Positions 40,162-50,656 of a DNA stretch of 64,000 bases are shown in pieces. The notes under the pieces are model-generated. The model did not search any database and was not told the DNA's origin. It worked only from the letters and a program-made list of their open reading frames with translations. The position numbers and the translations under genes were made by a program. The stretch's first letter is position 1. Each line of letters starts with the position of its first letter. The DNA is from an uncultured Gammaproteobacteria bacterium (GTDB lineage: Bacteria; Patescibacteriota; Microgenomatia; UBA10105; UBA927): the NCBI GenBank assembly GCA_964527425.1, contig CAZGOA010000001.1:20842-84841 (forward strand). The letters are read 5' to 3'.

Positions 40162-41864
40162 ATCTTAAACTTTAGTTCTGCTGTTTTGTTTTCTAATTTA
40201 TGGATATAGCCATCATAATACCAATATACAAGTTGTTCTTTCAGGAATAACCCGTTTTGAAGATCAACAATTAGTTTATTTATGTCAGTATAAAATCCAT
40301 ATCCTTTATCATTTTCCTCAATATAGCCATGTTCACCAAATGTTTCAAATAATCTATTAGCTATTACTTTATCTGGAATTTTACCTGTAGGGTATAACAA
40401 AACACTTAACACAAAGCCATCCCCTAATAAAAAGGGTGTTCTATTATATTCTCGAATGTAATTTTTATTACTTTCCAGCAGAATAACTGGCTTTTCTGGA
40501 AGTGTTGAAGAAATCTTCATCAATTCTTGAGTAAATTTCTTCATGTCACTACCTCTTATCGCTTCTGCTCTTACCTCCCTATTCGTAATATCTATTTGCT
40601 TCCATATAAAAAAAGTAAAACTTATAATCAGAAACATTGTCATTATTTTTTTATACGGTCGTACTTGAATATATTGATGTATTGCTGTTATCATCCCACC
40701 AATTAGTATCCAAAAAGGCATCCCTCCATAATACATATACAAAGAATTTATATATGAATCATATCTATTTATTAACCGAAAACTTATAGGAATTAGCGTA
40801 GCAACAAACCAAAATAATGATATATATACTAAACGTTTATTAATTGATCGTTTACGTAATAACAAGTATCCTACAAGTAATAATAAAATCGATCCAATCA
40901 CTGAAATAAAATCTGCTAATATAAAATGTACTATACTTTCTCTATTCTCATCATTAAACATAAAATTATAATTAAACTGCAAAAATCCATATCCTAATCT
41001 TTCCATAAAACGGAAAGGAATAAGAAATTGAGATAAAGAAACAATTGGATAATAAACTGTGTTAAAAACACCTTTTGTAAGAATATATACAATTCCAAAC
41101 CCATCGGTATTAGCTACCTTAGATGAATAAATTTTGCTAATTATAAATATACAAATTAATCCGACCGTACTAAGTGAGACAAGTGAAAAAAGTTTGAAGT
41201 GAAAATTATTATTTCTTTTAATGAGATAATAGATGCTGTAAATAAATATTAGTAGAAAGACGTATGCACTCGCATCTTTAAATAGAAATCCAATGCATGC
41301 AAATAACAAAGATATCGTAAAATATATTTTCGACCTATCTGCTTTTAATAAAAACATAATACTAATGAGGGAGAATAAGGCTGAATATAAAGTTTGATTG
41401 CCAGCACCGATCCATGTTAGTGCTTGTTCATACCGAGAAGAAGTTGCAAAAAGAAGTGCACTACTTATTGCCCAAAAGGTACTATTCGTTTCTTTTATAA
41501 CTAATAAATATAAAAAATATGAATTTAAAATATGTGCTATTAAAAAACTTATTATAAACGGAGTTGTGTTGTATGGGGCATAAAGATAAAATACACTGTT
41601 GAGAAATGACCCTAGCATTCTTCCCTTACCAAAAATAATTTCAATAAGTGAATTATTTCTTATATCTGTCCATACTCCATACAAAAAAACATCTGATAAA
41701 GCACGCCACTCATCATGCAAATAATAAACAGAAGGTAAAAAATGATATGCTCTTAAAATCACTATAATAATAAGTGCCAGTACTATGAGTTGCAATGGAG
41801 TTATCCAACGCTTAACGGATCTAATATTCACGCCTGCATGAAATTGATAGCGTTTCTTTTTCAT
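40158..41864 (-). CDS. GT-C membrane glycosyltransferase (TMTC/GtrII-like), tandem paralog 2
   Basis: YYLHDEW, GRMLG, FLFKD; polytopic. Confidence 0.68.
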   Translation of the reverse strand: MKKKRYQFHAGVNIRSVKRWITPLQLIVLALIIIVILRAYHFLPSVYYLHDEWRALSDVFLYGVWTDIRNNSLIEIIFGKGRMLGSFLNSVFYLYAPYNTTPFIISFLIAHILNSYFLYLLVIKETNSTFWAISSALLFATSSRYEQALTWIGAGNQTLYSALFSLISIMFLLKADRSKIYFTISLLFACIGFLFKDASAYVFLLIFIYSIYYLIKRNNNFHFKLFSLVSLSTVGLICIFIISKIYSSKVANTDGFGIVYILTKGVFNTVYYPIVSLSQFLIPFRFMERLGYGFLQFNYNFMFNDENRESIVHFILADFISVIGSILLLLVGYLLLRKRSINKRLVYISLFWFVATLIPISFRLINRYDSYINSLYMYYGGMPFWILIGGMITAIHQYIQVRPYKKIMTMFLIISFTFFIWKQIDITNREVRAEAIRGSDMKKFTQELMKISSTLPEKPVILLESNKNYIREYNRTPFLLGDGFVLSVLLYPTGKIPDKVIANRLFETFGEHGYIEENDKGYGFYTDINKLIVDLQNGLFLKEQLVYWYYDGYIHKLENKTAELKFKI

Positions 41865-41867
41865 TGT

Positions 41868-42896
41868 TTACTTTTGATATAAACTCATATGCTGCATTAA
41901 GGAAATATAATATTGAACATTCCGATTTTTTACAATAAGGGGTAGAATATTCTTATCCTTAATACACTGTATTTTATTACGTACGATGTATCGTTTATGC
42001 ATAATTTCAGACAGATGTTTTATATTCCAGAGTACTGATTTTTCTACAGCAATAAATAATGAAACATTCCCTTTAATAAACGCAAACAATGCGAAAAATT
42101 GTACTGCCAATAAATGAATAGGCAACATCAACAATAACCACTCAAAAGATAAATTTGTTAAATAGCAATGAATACGATTTTTAAAGGAATGAAATTGAAT
42201 AACTTGATTGCAAATCTTTGTACTTGTTCCTCCAGCTTTATGATAAACAACTGATTCAGGTACAAACATCATTTTATATCCACTGAGCCAAATCCGATGA
42301 CATAAGTCAGTCTCTTCAAAGTATGCAAAATAAGAAGGATCAAAAATGTGATTATCTATTGCCACAGCATTCAGCACTTTTTTTCTGAAAATCATACATG
42401 CACCTTTGACTGTATAAACTGCAACTGTTTGATTAAAAGTTCCATCATCTTTTTCATGAAATCCATAATGATTTAAGAAACCAGTATTTGTTAAATAAGC
42501 ACCCGCAGCATCAATAATTGTAGGGTTATCCATCAATAATAATTTACTCTGTGCTCCTCCGACATCAGGATTTTGTTCCATATACGAAACTAGTGATGTT
42601 AGAAAATTTATTGTTACTTTTGTATCGTTATTAAGGAATAATATGTAGGTACCTTTCGCATGACGATATCCAATATTATTGGCATCTGCAAAACCTACAT
42701 TTTTATTGTTTATAATAAGCTTAATATTGGGATAGTAACGCTTAACGTAGTCTACAGAGCCATCAGTCGAAGAATTATCTACAAGTATTATTTCAAAGTG
42801 TTTATAATTCTGCTTTTCAAGGGATGCTAAGCAGGATGTTAGCCACTTTTTACCATTCCAGTTTACGATAATAATTGAAACGAGAGGTGTGCTCAT
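41868..42896 (-). CDS. GT2 glycosyltransferase
   Basis: VSIIIVNWNG, VDNSSTDGS, FLNNDT, YFEETDLCHR. Confidence 0.9.
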   Translation of the reverse strand: MSTPLVSIIIVNWNGKKWLTSCLASLEKQNYKHFEIILVDNSSTDGSVDYVKRYYPNIKLIINNKNVGFADANNIGYRHAKGTYILFLNNDTKVTINFLTSLVSYMEQNPDVGGAQSKLLLMDNPTIIDAAGAYLTNTGFLNHYGFHEKDDGTFNQTVAVYTVKGACMIFRKKVLNAVAIDNHIFDPSYFAYFEETDLCHRIWLSGYKMMFVPESVVYHKAGGTSTKICNQVIQFHSFKNRIHCYLTNLSFEWLLLMLPIHLLAVQFFALFAFIKGNVSLFIAVEKSVLWNIKHLSEIMHKRYIVRNKIQCIKDKNILPLIVKNRNVQYYISLMQHMSLYQK

Positions 42897-43591
42897 GAAG
42901 GTTTTCTTATTTTTATAGTTATGAAATGAGCATGTGTAGTATCAATATGACCAAATAGAGATGGCAATGGAAAATAACCTGCACCTTTTACTGCTTCAAT
43001 TTTAAAACTAAATGCTTCTGCATATTCGATTAAACCTCGTATATTATAAATTCGAATATGGAACCAAGAAGGGTGTTCTAATTCACCCCCTCTATGGAGA
43101 GCAAAAGGATTACCAATACCTCTTTTCTTTGCAGAAATATTGGTTAGTGAAAATATCTGCCATCCTAATATACTGGCCGCAATATTACACCAACTAGAAG
43201 CATTTTCAGTACTGATAATGGCGTACCCTCCAGGTTTTAATATTCTATAAATTTCTGACAATAATAAATCAGTATTCCAAAGATGTTCTATTACTTGATT
43301 TGCATGAATTACATCAAACGAATTATTTCTTAACGGAAACTTTTTACTAATATCATGCTTGACTATTTGTATTCCATTTGATTTTGCTATTTTAAGTCGC
43401 TCATCAACAATGTCTATTCCCCATACTTTTTTTGCATGTATCTTATGTTTTAATTTTTTTGTTAATACACCATCATCGCATCCAATATCAAGTAACACTG
43501 CGTTTGCATTCTTTTCTAACAATGAATATATTTGGTTGTGATTATCTTCCACAGCATATTCAAATAATGATTGAAGATATTTTTTATACAT
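42893..43591 (-). CDS. Class I SAM-dependent methyltransferase
   Basis: LLDIGCDDG, NSFDVI..NQVIEHL, RILKPGG; start at 43591 or 43615. Confidence 0.88.
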   Translation of the reverse strand: MYKKYLQSLFEYAVEDNHNQIYSLLEKNANAVLLDIGCDDGVLTKKLKHKIHAKKVWGIDIVDERLKIAKSNGIQIVKHDISKKFPLRNNSFDVIHANQVIEHLWNTDLLLSEIYRILKPGGYAIISTENASSWCNIAASILGWQIFSLTNISAKKRGIGNPFALHRGGELEHPSWFHIRIYNIRGLIEYAEAFSFKIEAVKGAGYFPLPSLFGHIDTTHAHFITIKIRKPS

Positions 43592-44438
43592 ATGACCTAT
43601 TTTTGTACCTATCAATTATTGCCTTATAATATCCGATTTTATATGGTATACCTTTTATCAATAATAATAGTAAAGAACCTATACTTTCAGCATACAAACC
43701 TTTATGAAATAATCCTTTACGAAATCGCTCTTTGCTAGACATAAGCTTGTAATATTTCGTCTCCGTTTTTGCAGTTTCACCTGTGTATCCCCAACGGTAA
43801 CATTTTTTAATTACTGAACGTATAGAATCTGATTCCATATGTTTAACCGCGTGCCCAAGGGTTGTTATTTTTTTAGTTAATAACCACGACTCATAATACA
43901 ATATTGCATGATCAGGGCCACCGACGGTATCAACTATTGAATGTGGTATTGAAGTAATTGCCTTAAGCAGGAGTGATTTTCGAAAAAAACGAGGTAAAAT
44001 TGCACTTGTATACGGATTATAATCTTTCGCTTGCTCTATTATTTTTCGATCTGCAGCGAATAAATATTGTATTAACGTTTTTTTTTCATACACATCTTCT
44101 CCTAGCGCTAACATGTCATAATTTACAGTCGTACATTTATACACTGCCCTTTCAATGGTATCTTTTTCTAAAATCTGATCACTATCTAGAAGGAGTATAA
44201 ATTCACCTTTAGTTTTATTAATCCCTATAATTCTTGATTTAAGCAAACCACCGTTAACAGAAATCATACTAACATGCTCTTGTTTCGCTATATCTCTTGT
44301 GCCGTCTGTTGATCCGCTATCCATGAGAATAATTTCTATTGGTTTGTATGTTTGACTTTTAACAGCTTTTAAACATAACTGAATAGTTTTTTTACTATTA
44401 AATGTGGGAATAGTGATAGATACTAACGGTTTTTTCAT
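43584..44438 (-). CDS. GT2 glycosyltransferase
   Basis: VSITIPTFNS, DSGSTDGT, LLDSDQ. Confidence 0.85.
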   Translation of the reverse strand: MKKPLVSITIPTFNSKKTIQLCLKAVKSQTYKPIEIILMDSGSTDGTRDIAKQEHVSMISVNGGLLKSRIIGINKTKGEFILLLDSDQILEKDTIERAVYKCTTVNYDMLALGEDVYEKKTLIQYLFAADRKIIEQAKDYNPYTSAILPRFFRKSLLLKAITSIPHSIVDTVGGPDHAILYYESWLLTKKITTLGHAVKHMESDSIRSVIKKCYRWGYTGETAKTETKYYKLMSSKERFRKGLFHKGLYAESIGSLLLLLIKGIPYKIGYYKAIIDRYKNRSYV

Positions 44439-44442
44439 AAAT

Positions 44443-45783
44443 TCACTTATATATCAAAATCGAGATAACATTTAATGAACATAGGAATAATAAAAGTAAA
44501 AATGTTGCAAACGTTGAAATAAACCGCAATCTCTTTTCAGGAAAAATAGACATAATTGAAGGAATACCGCAGCATACCAAAAATATTCTATATACATAGA
44601 AGGAAAATCCAAAAATAACTTCCCACGTGTGTTTTAGTAAGGGTAAACCAATCAAGGATAAACTGAAAAAAGTAAATAACGAACGTTCTTTGATAGATTG
44701 GATAAGCATATAGCTTAAAGCGATTATAAGAAAGGGATAAAACGGATATCTATACCACCCATGACCAGGTTCGTTGGGAATACCTAATATATATATAACA
44801 AAATATCCAAAAAAACCTAATAAAAGAAACTTATGTTCTTTAAAAGATGAAAGTAACATAAATAAAGCAAACCAGCCAACATAAATCCACCCATCAATGT
44901 AAATCTCATTCACTAAATATGGTGTTGTAAACAATGAGAATATTCCATCAAATGTAATATCATATCGAGCTGTTTGTAACTTTAGTAAATCAAAAAATAC
45001 AGTTTTATCCCAATACACACCCCAGAGAAAAAACATGCAAAAAGTTATAGCAACTATTACGAAAAATAATATAGCTTCTTTATATTTTTTTACAGAGGAT
45101 AACAAGAAAATACAACTCAATGCAGAACCCCACCAAGGAACTTTAGCAAGTGTTAGTAGCCCACAAATAAGTGCTGGAATTATGTATAACATAGGTTTAT
45201 GTATCAGAGAGTATTTATTACTTTTATGCTTTATGTAGCGGATTGTTAACCAAGTAACTAATACATACAAAGGAATAAAAAAATTTTCATTTTGTACTAA
45301 TCTTGATCCAATAACTACTGTTGGAATTGTTGCATAGAATAATGCAGACATAAGTCCGACTAAATCACCATAAATCTCTTTTGCGAGTAAAAAAACCAAA
45401 TAGATAGTAAGCACACCCAGTATAAGTGAAAGACTACGAACATGAATTAGTTCAACAGTAAACATGTCTTTCGCACCATTTAACAATGCCCATGAACCAG
45501 CTAGTAAACCAAAAAATGGAGGGTGTTCTAAATATGGTTGAACTAACCAAAATGTAGTGCCATATTGATCTATGTAATGCTCCCGCTGATTGTATTGAGA
45601 ATGAGGTGACCAAGATATTGGGACACCTTTTTGAAGAATATTCATACCTAACCAGGTCCAAGCAAATTCGTCAAACGTTGCTCCACGAGGAGGAAATGCT
45701 GTTAAATTATAAGCACGTAAAAAAAGTCCTAATAATAATATGAAAAAAACAATAATAACTTTGTATCTAACTACTAAATTCAT
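44443..45783 (-). CDS. GT-C membrane glycosyltransferase (ArnT/PMT-like)
   Basis: FDEFAW, EHPPFFG, R...NEN, WYRYP; polytopic. Confidence 0.78.
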   Translation of the reverse strand: MNLVVRYKVIIVFFILLLGLFLRAYNLTAFPPRGATFDEFAWTWLGMNILQKGVPISWSPHSQYNQREHYIDQYGTTFWLVQPYLEHPPFFGLLAGSWALLNGAKDMFTVELIHVRSLSLILGVLTIYLVFLLAKEIYGDLVGLMSALFYATIPTVVIGSRLVQNENFFIPLYVLVTWLTIRYIKHKSNKYSLIHKPMLYIIPALICGLLTLAKVPWWGSALSCIFLLSSVKKYKEAILFFVIVAITFCMFFLWGVYWDKTVFFDLLKLQTARYDITFDGIFSLFTTPYLVNEIYIDGWIYVGWFALFMLLSSFKEHKFLLLGFFGYFVIYILGIPNEPGHGWYRYPFYPFLIIALSYMLIQSIKERSLFTFFSLSLIGLPLLKHTWEVIFGFSFYVYRIFLVCCGIPSIMSIFPEKRLRFISTFATFLLLLFLCSLNVISILIYK

Positions 45784-45794
45784 AACAATAATTT

Positions 45795-46916
45795 CTATTT
45801 ACTAGATGCTACAGATAGTAGTAAAGTTTCACTTTTGTTTATAACTTCTTCCCAATTGAGAAAATCTACCCATTTTTTACCTTCAGCTTGATAGTTCTTA
45901 TATCTATCTGCATCTTTATACAATTCAAACGCTGCTGTAGCAAGCTGTTTTGGAGTATTTTCTTTTACTAAGTAACCTGTTTTATCATGTTTAACAACGT
46001 CTTTTAATCCAGGCACATTGTATACAACTGATGGAGTACCCTGACTTGCTGCTTCTAACACTACTAAACCCCACCCTTCTTTTACAGACGCATGTAACAA
46101 TATATGTGATTTTTTCATTAATGCTAATTTGGAATTCTCGTCTAGCTTTCCCATAAAACGAATGTGTTGTTCAATATGTAGATTATGAATATATTTTTTT
46201 AAATAATTGATATATCGTGTTTCTCCACTCCCTACAATATATAGTTGTGAACTCGGCAATTCGTTTAAGATATACCAAAATGAAGTGATGACATCCTTGA
46301 TACCTTTCATTGCAACTACTCTACTAACAAAAATAAAGGTTGGATTTTTTTCTTTTTTAGTGATATTCTTTATTTCTTTTTTATAAATAGGACAAGGTAT
46401 TGCAACACAATTGCTTTTAGGAATTCCCATTTGTTCTAACTCTTCAATCGTAGAATTTGAATCAGTCCAAAATGTAACCGATTTATAGAAGTGAAAATAA
46501 ACTTTTTCAAATATTTTACCTATAGTGCTTATTGGGAAAGGAGCCATATAATCCCAAATTGTTCCTGCTACTTCATGAATAAATGCAATCTTTGGTGTTC
46601 TAGTTGCGAGAGGCGTTAAGAATGGTATTGCATGAATTTCATCTATTATTACATCATACTTATTCCCAAATAATAGAGTATAAAAAAACCCCCATATATA
46701 TATAATTAAGGATCCTGATCTTCTCATTATATATACTCCCTCTACCATCTCATCTTTTATTGCTCCTTTGTAACGAGAGGTAAGCCAGGTAACTGAATGA
46801 CCTTTTTTTACCCAACCTTTTGCATGTTCTATGGTGACAATTTCTGCTCCTCCAGCTTTTGGATGTCTAATATCTCGCCAATTAAGAAGTAAAATTCGTA
46901 ATTTTTTGGATGCCAT
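45795..46916 (-). CDS. GT4 glycosyltransferase
   Basis: LNWRDIRHPKAGGAE, SRVVAMKG, SVKEGWGLVVLEAASQGTP. Confidence 0.9.
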   Translation of the reverse strand: MASKKLRILLLNWRDIRHPKAGGAEIVTIEHAKGWVKKGHSVTWLTSRYKGAIKDEMVEGVYIMRRSGSLIIYIWGFFYTLLFGNKYDVIIDEIHAIPFLTPLATRTPKIAFIHEVAGTIWDYMAPFPISTIGKIFEKVYFHFYKSVTFWTDSNSTIEELEQMGIPKSNCVAIPCPIYKKEIKNITKKEKNPTFIFVSRVVAMKGIKDVITSFWYILNELPSSQLYIVGSGETRYINYLKKYIHNLHIEQHIRFMGKLDENSKLALMKKSHILLHASVKEGWGLVVLEAASQGTPSVVYNVPGLKDVVKHDKTGYLVKENTPKQLATAAFELYKDADRYKNYQAEGKKWVDFLNWEEVINKSETLLLSVASSK

Positions 46917-46924
46917 AGTAATTT

Positions 46925-47731
46925 TTAGCCAGTATTTATTCTGAAGTTTAATTCAGGATCATATACCCATTTTCTTTTATTCCCGTGATCGTAGTATTTT
47001 AATAAACGCAAACGATAATAAATTGCTAGCGTATCTCGCAACATTCCCGCTACCGCTTTGGAAACACTTTTCTTATTTAAACTAGAAGTAATTTGTTGAA
47101 AATCTAACTCTATGGGTGATTCATATATCCGGTCGTATCCTAAATGCTTAGCAACAGCTAATATTTCTATATCAAAAGCAAATTCTTTCACTAATAATCG
47201 AGGAAGAACATCTTCAAGAACACTTCTCTTATATAACTTTAATCCAACCTGTGAATCACGAATGTTTAGACCAAATAATAATTTAATTAGTATTTGATAA
47301 CCAATGGATAATATTTTTCTGTACCAAGGGTATGATATTTTTGATACCGGATGACGCTTACTTCCAATTACAATATCTGCGTTATACCAACGCATATGTT
47401 CTATTAACATGGGAATACCTGATTCTCTAATCTCGCCTCCTGCATCAATAAACCCTATTACATCTCCTTTTGCTTTCGCCATACCATACCTAACTGCATA
47501 CCCTTTCCCTTTATTCGTTTTATATCCAATAATTTTTATTTTGGGTGTTCCTATTTTTTTAACTGCTTGCGCACTGTTGTCGGAAGATCCATCATCCACC
47601 ACAATTAATTCATAAGGAGTGTTAAATAATTCTAATTCTTGTACGATTCCTTGAATATTTTTTCGTATAGTTGATCCCTGATTGTATACTGGAACTATAA
47701 CTGAGAGAAGTTTTGGGAAATCACGATTCAT
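46925..47731 (-). CDS. GT2 polyprenyl-phosphate glycosyltransferase (Dol-P-Glc synthase-like)
   Basis: VDDGSSD, NKGKGYAVRYG, FIDAG, IGSKRH, DSQVGLK, FAFDIEIL. Confidence 0.82.
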   Translation of the reverse strand: MNRDFPKLLSVIVPVYNQGSTIRKNIQGIVQELELFNTPYELIVVDDGSSDNSAQAVKKIGTPKIKIIGYKTNKGKGYAVRYGMAKAKGDVIGFIDAGGEIRESGIPMLIEHMRWYNADIVIGSKRHPVSKISYPWYRKILSIGYQILIKLLFGLNIRDSQVGLKLYKRSVLEDVLPRLLVKEFAFDIEILAVAKHLGYDRIYESPIELDFQQITSSLNKKSVSKAVAGMLRDTLAIYYRLRLLKYYDHGNKRKWVYDPELNFRINTG

Positions 47732-48962
47732 GGATGTAGTATACTAAAATAGAAATAAACAAAAAAAGCGTTACTAATGCATTTGAAACGATTAGGGAAA
47801 AGAGTGTTGAGTGAAAAAGGAACATTCCTGCTATTTGAATACAAACTCCAATACATAATAACCTCCATACTCTTGTTCTATTTATAGCAAGGCACATCAT
47901 AGAAAGATAATTTATAGTTGTAATACATGCTAAAAATAATCCATATATTCCTAAATATTGTCCAGCATTAGCATAAGCACTACCAAATAATAATGCAGGA
48001 ATTACTGAAGATAACAATAAATAGATAACTGATATTCCTATACTTATACCTCCCACACCAAGTAGTCCGACTCGTATGATTGATGTATATTCTTTACCTG
48101 ATACTTTTCTCTCAGCTGCCATTGGAAACAACACAATAAGTAAGGCTGATGAAGCAAAAAATATAATTTTCCCAAATATATTGAGAGATGCATATATTCC
48201 AGCATCTTGTGCTTGAAAAAACATCTTTACTAACACTACATCAATGTTATAGAGCATAGTTATTGCAAGCGTTGTCATTAGTGTAGGAAAAGCAAATTGT
48301 ATAGCATCTTTTTTAAGGAGAGAATGATTTACCGGTTTTGCTTTTAGAACAAAACGTAAAGGAAACATTCCATATATTAGGGTAATAACATTACTAATAA
48401 TCATCCCCAATAAGGTAGTAGCTGCTCCAAAAGGCGCGAGTAAAAGACCTGTAATGAGCCGGGTTGCGATATTTATGATTTGATAAATGCTGGATGATAA
48501 AAACTTTTGATAACCATTGAGAATTCCATTGCCAGCGGTTATATAAAATGAAGATGCTACAATTCCAAATAGCCAAATAAAACTCATAAAATCTTGAATT
48601 CTTAGCATTTTTTGCAGAAACGGAATAAATGGAAGAAACAATAACCCACCGACTATACTACCTATGGTTAAATACTTTACTATACGCAGCAACAAACTTT
48701 TAGCTTGTCCTGTATTTCCTTTTGCTTTTATTTCTGAATAAAACTTTGTTAGTGATATTTGAACTACATTGGCTGGAACACTTAAAATGAATAAAAGTGA
48801 AAATAGTGCTGCAAATTCACCATATCGCTCTGGTCCCATAATTCTTCCAACAATAACATGGTATAAATATGCACCAATATTTACGACCATTGTACCGACA
48901 AACATTATTCCGCTGTTTATTAAGACTGTATTATTTGCAAGCAACAAGACATATTTTTTCAT
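47721..48962 (-). CDS. Wzx/MOP-superfamily oligosaccharide flippase
   Basis: About 12 TM; R.MGPERYG.F, IDVVLVK.F, AGIYAS, LFP. Confidence 0.85.
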   Translation of the reverse strand: MKKYVLLLANNTVLINSGIMFVGTMVVNIGAYLYHVIVGRIMGPERYGEFAALFSLLFILSVPANVVQISLTKFYSEIKAKGNTGQAKSLLLRIVKYLTIGSIVGGLLFLPFIPFLQKMLRIQDFMSFIWLFGIVASSFYITAGNGILNGYQKFLSSSIYQIINIATRLITGLLLAPFGAATTLLGMIISNVITLIYGMFPLRFVLKAKPVNHSLLKKDAIQFAFPTLMTTLAITMLYNIDVVLVKMFFQAQDAGIYASLNIFGKIIFFASSALLIVLFPMAAERKVSGKEYTSIIRVGLLGVGGISIGISVIYLLLSSVIPALLFGSAYANAGQYLGIYGLFLACITTINYLSMMCLAINRTRVWRLLCIGVCIQIAGMFLFHSTLFSLIVSNALVTLFLFISILVYYIHES

Positions 48963-49642
48963 ATAAATTTAAATTTAATAAGAGTCCAAACTGCCATAAT
49001 TCCATCTCTCCATGTTAATTTTTTTCCTTCTTCAAACTTTCTCCCAAAATACGATATTGGGACTTCATATATTTGATAGCCAGCTTTCAGTACTTTTGCT
49101 GTAAATTCTGGTTCAAAATCAAATCTGTTGCTTTGTAAGGTAAACGAATTAAGTACGCTTTTTCGAAATGCTTTGTACCCGGTTTCCATATCAGTAATAT
49201 TCGTGTTGTACAAAATGTTGGTTAAAAAGGTTACAAATTTGTTTCCTATTGTATAAAGATACATAGTAGATAAGTGTGATCCTAAAAACCTTGAACCATA
49301 TACCACTTGAACACGTTCATGAGTAAAAGGACTAATAAGTTGTTCATAGTCATTTGGTGTGTATTCAAAGTCAGCATCTTGAATAAGAATAATTTCACCT
49401 TTTGCATGTTTAAAACCTTCAATTAAGGCTGCACCTTTACCTCGGTTATATCGCTGCAAAATTACGTTATATTTATTTTTTACTTTTCTTAATAATTCTT
49501 GAGTACCATCGGTTGAACCATCATCAACAATAATAATTTCTTTTTTCCATCCTTTTATCTGCTGATTTTCCACTAATTTTAATAACTTAAGTATAGTATT
49601 CTTTTCGTTAAATACAGGAATGATAATTGATACAAGTTTCAT
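48959..49642 (-). CDS. GT2 polyprenyl-phosphate glycosyltransferase (DPM1/Ppm1-like)
   Basis: IPVFNE, VDDGSTDGT, NRGKGAA, IQDADFEY, VYGSRF, TDMETGYK, FDFEPE, EGKKL.WRDG. Confidence 0.85.
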   Translation of the reverse strand: MKLVSIIIPVFNEKNTILKLLKLVENQQIKGWKKEIIIVDDGSTDGTQELLRKVKNKYNVILQRYNRGKGAALIEGFKHAKGEIILIQDADFEYTPNDYEQLISPFTHERVQVVYGSRFLGSHLSTMYLYTIGNKFVTFLTNILYNTNITDMETGYKAFRKSVLNSFTLQSNRFDFEPEFTAKVLKAGYQIYEVPISYFGRKFEEGKKLTWRDGIMAVWTLIKFKFI

Positions 49643-49645
49643 ATG

Positions 49646-50656
49646 TTAAGATAAACATTTCTTATATATAGTTAGTGTTTCTTGTGCTGTTTTCTCCCAC
49701 GAAAACTGCCGGGCATACGACATTAATTCTTTTTGATTCCATTTTTTATGTACTGCTTCCTTAATACCATTAACAATACTGTTTACATTAAATGGATCAA
49801 CTAATACAGATGGACCTGCAATTTCTACTAAACTAGAACTTGAGGATACCACACAAGGAATTCCACAGGCCATAGCTTCTAATATGGGTAATCCAAACCC
49901 TTCTGCAATAGAAACTTGTACACATACAGTTGCTACACTATACACTAAAGGCAAATCCTCCTGAGGAACAAACCCCAGTTTAATAATGGTATTCTCAGCT
50001 TTGCATTCTTTAATAAGTGAGTTGATTATCTTCACTTCTTGTAATCCGTCATTGAGAAAAGCTTTACCAACCAGTACTAGTGGAATATCACTTTGAGAAA
50101 TTGCTTTAATTAGATTAGGAATATTCTTATTCCAATTAACGTCTCCAACATAAAGCAGGAATTTTTCAGGTAACGAATATTTATCACGAATAAATTTTTT
50201 TTTGTCGTTATCTGCTAGGATAAATTCTGCTCCAGGTGCTAAATAGCTGACAAATACTCTTGATTCTGGTACGTGTAGTGCTTGTACTATGTCTTTTTTT
50301 GATGCATATGAATCAGTAATAATCGCCGTTGCTTTCTGTAGAGTTTTCTTTTGAATGAACCATTTAATATTTCCACGCAGACCAACTGGGAAATGTTTTT
50401 TATAAACTATAGGAATTAAGTCATGTACAGTTACGATAAATGGCACATGGATGTTTCTGGGTAGTGTTAAAAAAAATGGATCAAAATAAGGGAAATGAAC
50501 TAGATCCACATTCGAGGGAATATCACCTTTAAAAGGTATCAGGATACATGTTTCAGAATATTTTTGTAATGATTCCAGTAATTGTTTAGTATAAGTTCCA
50601 GTTCCGCGACCTGCATGAGAAGAAGTTAATGGTGAAATATCTAAACCAATATTCAT
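49646..50656 (-). CDS. GT4 glycosyltransferase (MtfB-like)
   Basis: RGTGTY, TVHDLIP, YVGDVNWNKN, EGFGLPILEAMACG. Confidence 0.9.
   Translation of the reverse strand: MNIGLDISPLTSSHAGRGTGTYTKQLLESLQKYSETCILIPFKGDIPSNVDLVHFPYFDPFFLTLPRNIHVPFIVTVHDLIPIVYKKHFPVGLRGNIKWFIQKKTLQKATAIITDSYASKKDIVQALHVPESRVFVSYLAPGAEFILADNDKKKFIRDKYSLPEKFLLYVGDVNWNKNIPNLIKAISQSDIPLVLVGKAFLNDGLQEVKIINSLIKECKAENTIIKLGFVPQEDLPLVYSVATVCVQVSIAEGFGLPILEAMACGIPCVVSSSSSLVEIAGPSVLVDPFNVNSIVNGIKEAVHKKWNQKELMSYARQFSWEKTAQETLTIYKKCLS

Noticed and set aside
3879-44086. A/T homopolymers of 9 nt in GT genes (3879-3887, 10352-10360, 28521-28529, 44078-44086) as phase-variation tracts
   Set aside because: They are expected from Lys/Phe codons in a very AT-rich genome. 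All frames are intact and no long poly-G/C or microsatellite tracts were seen.
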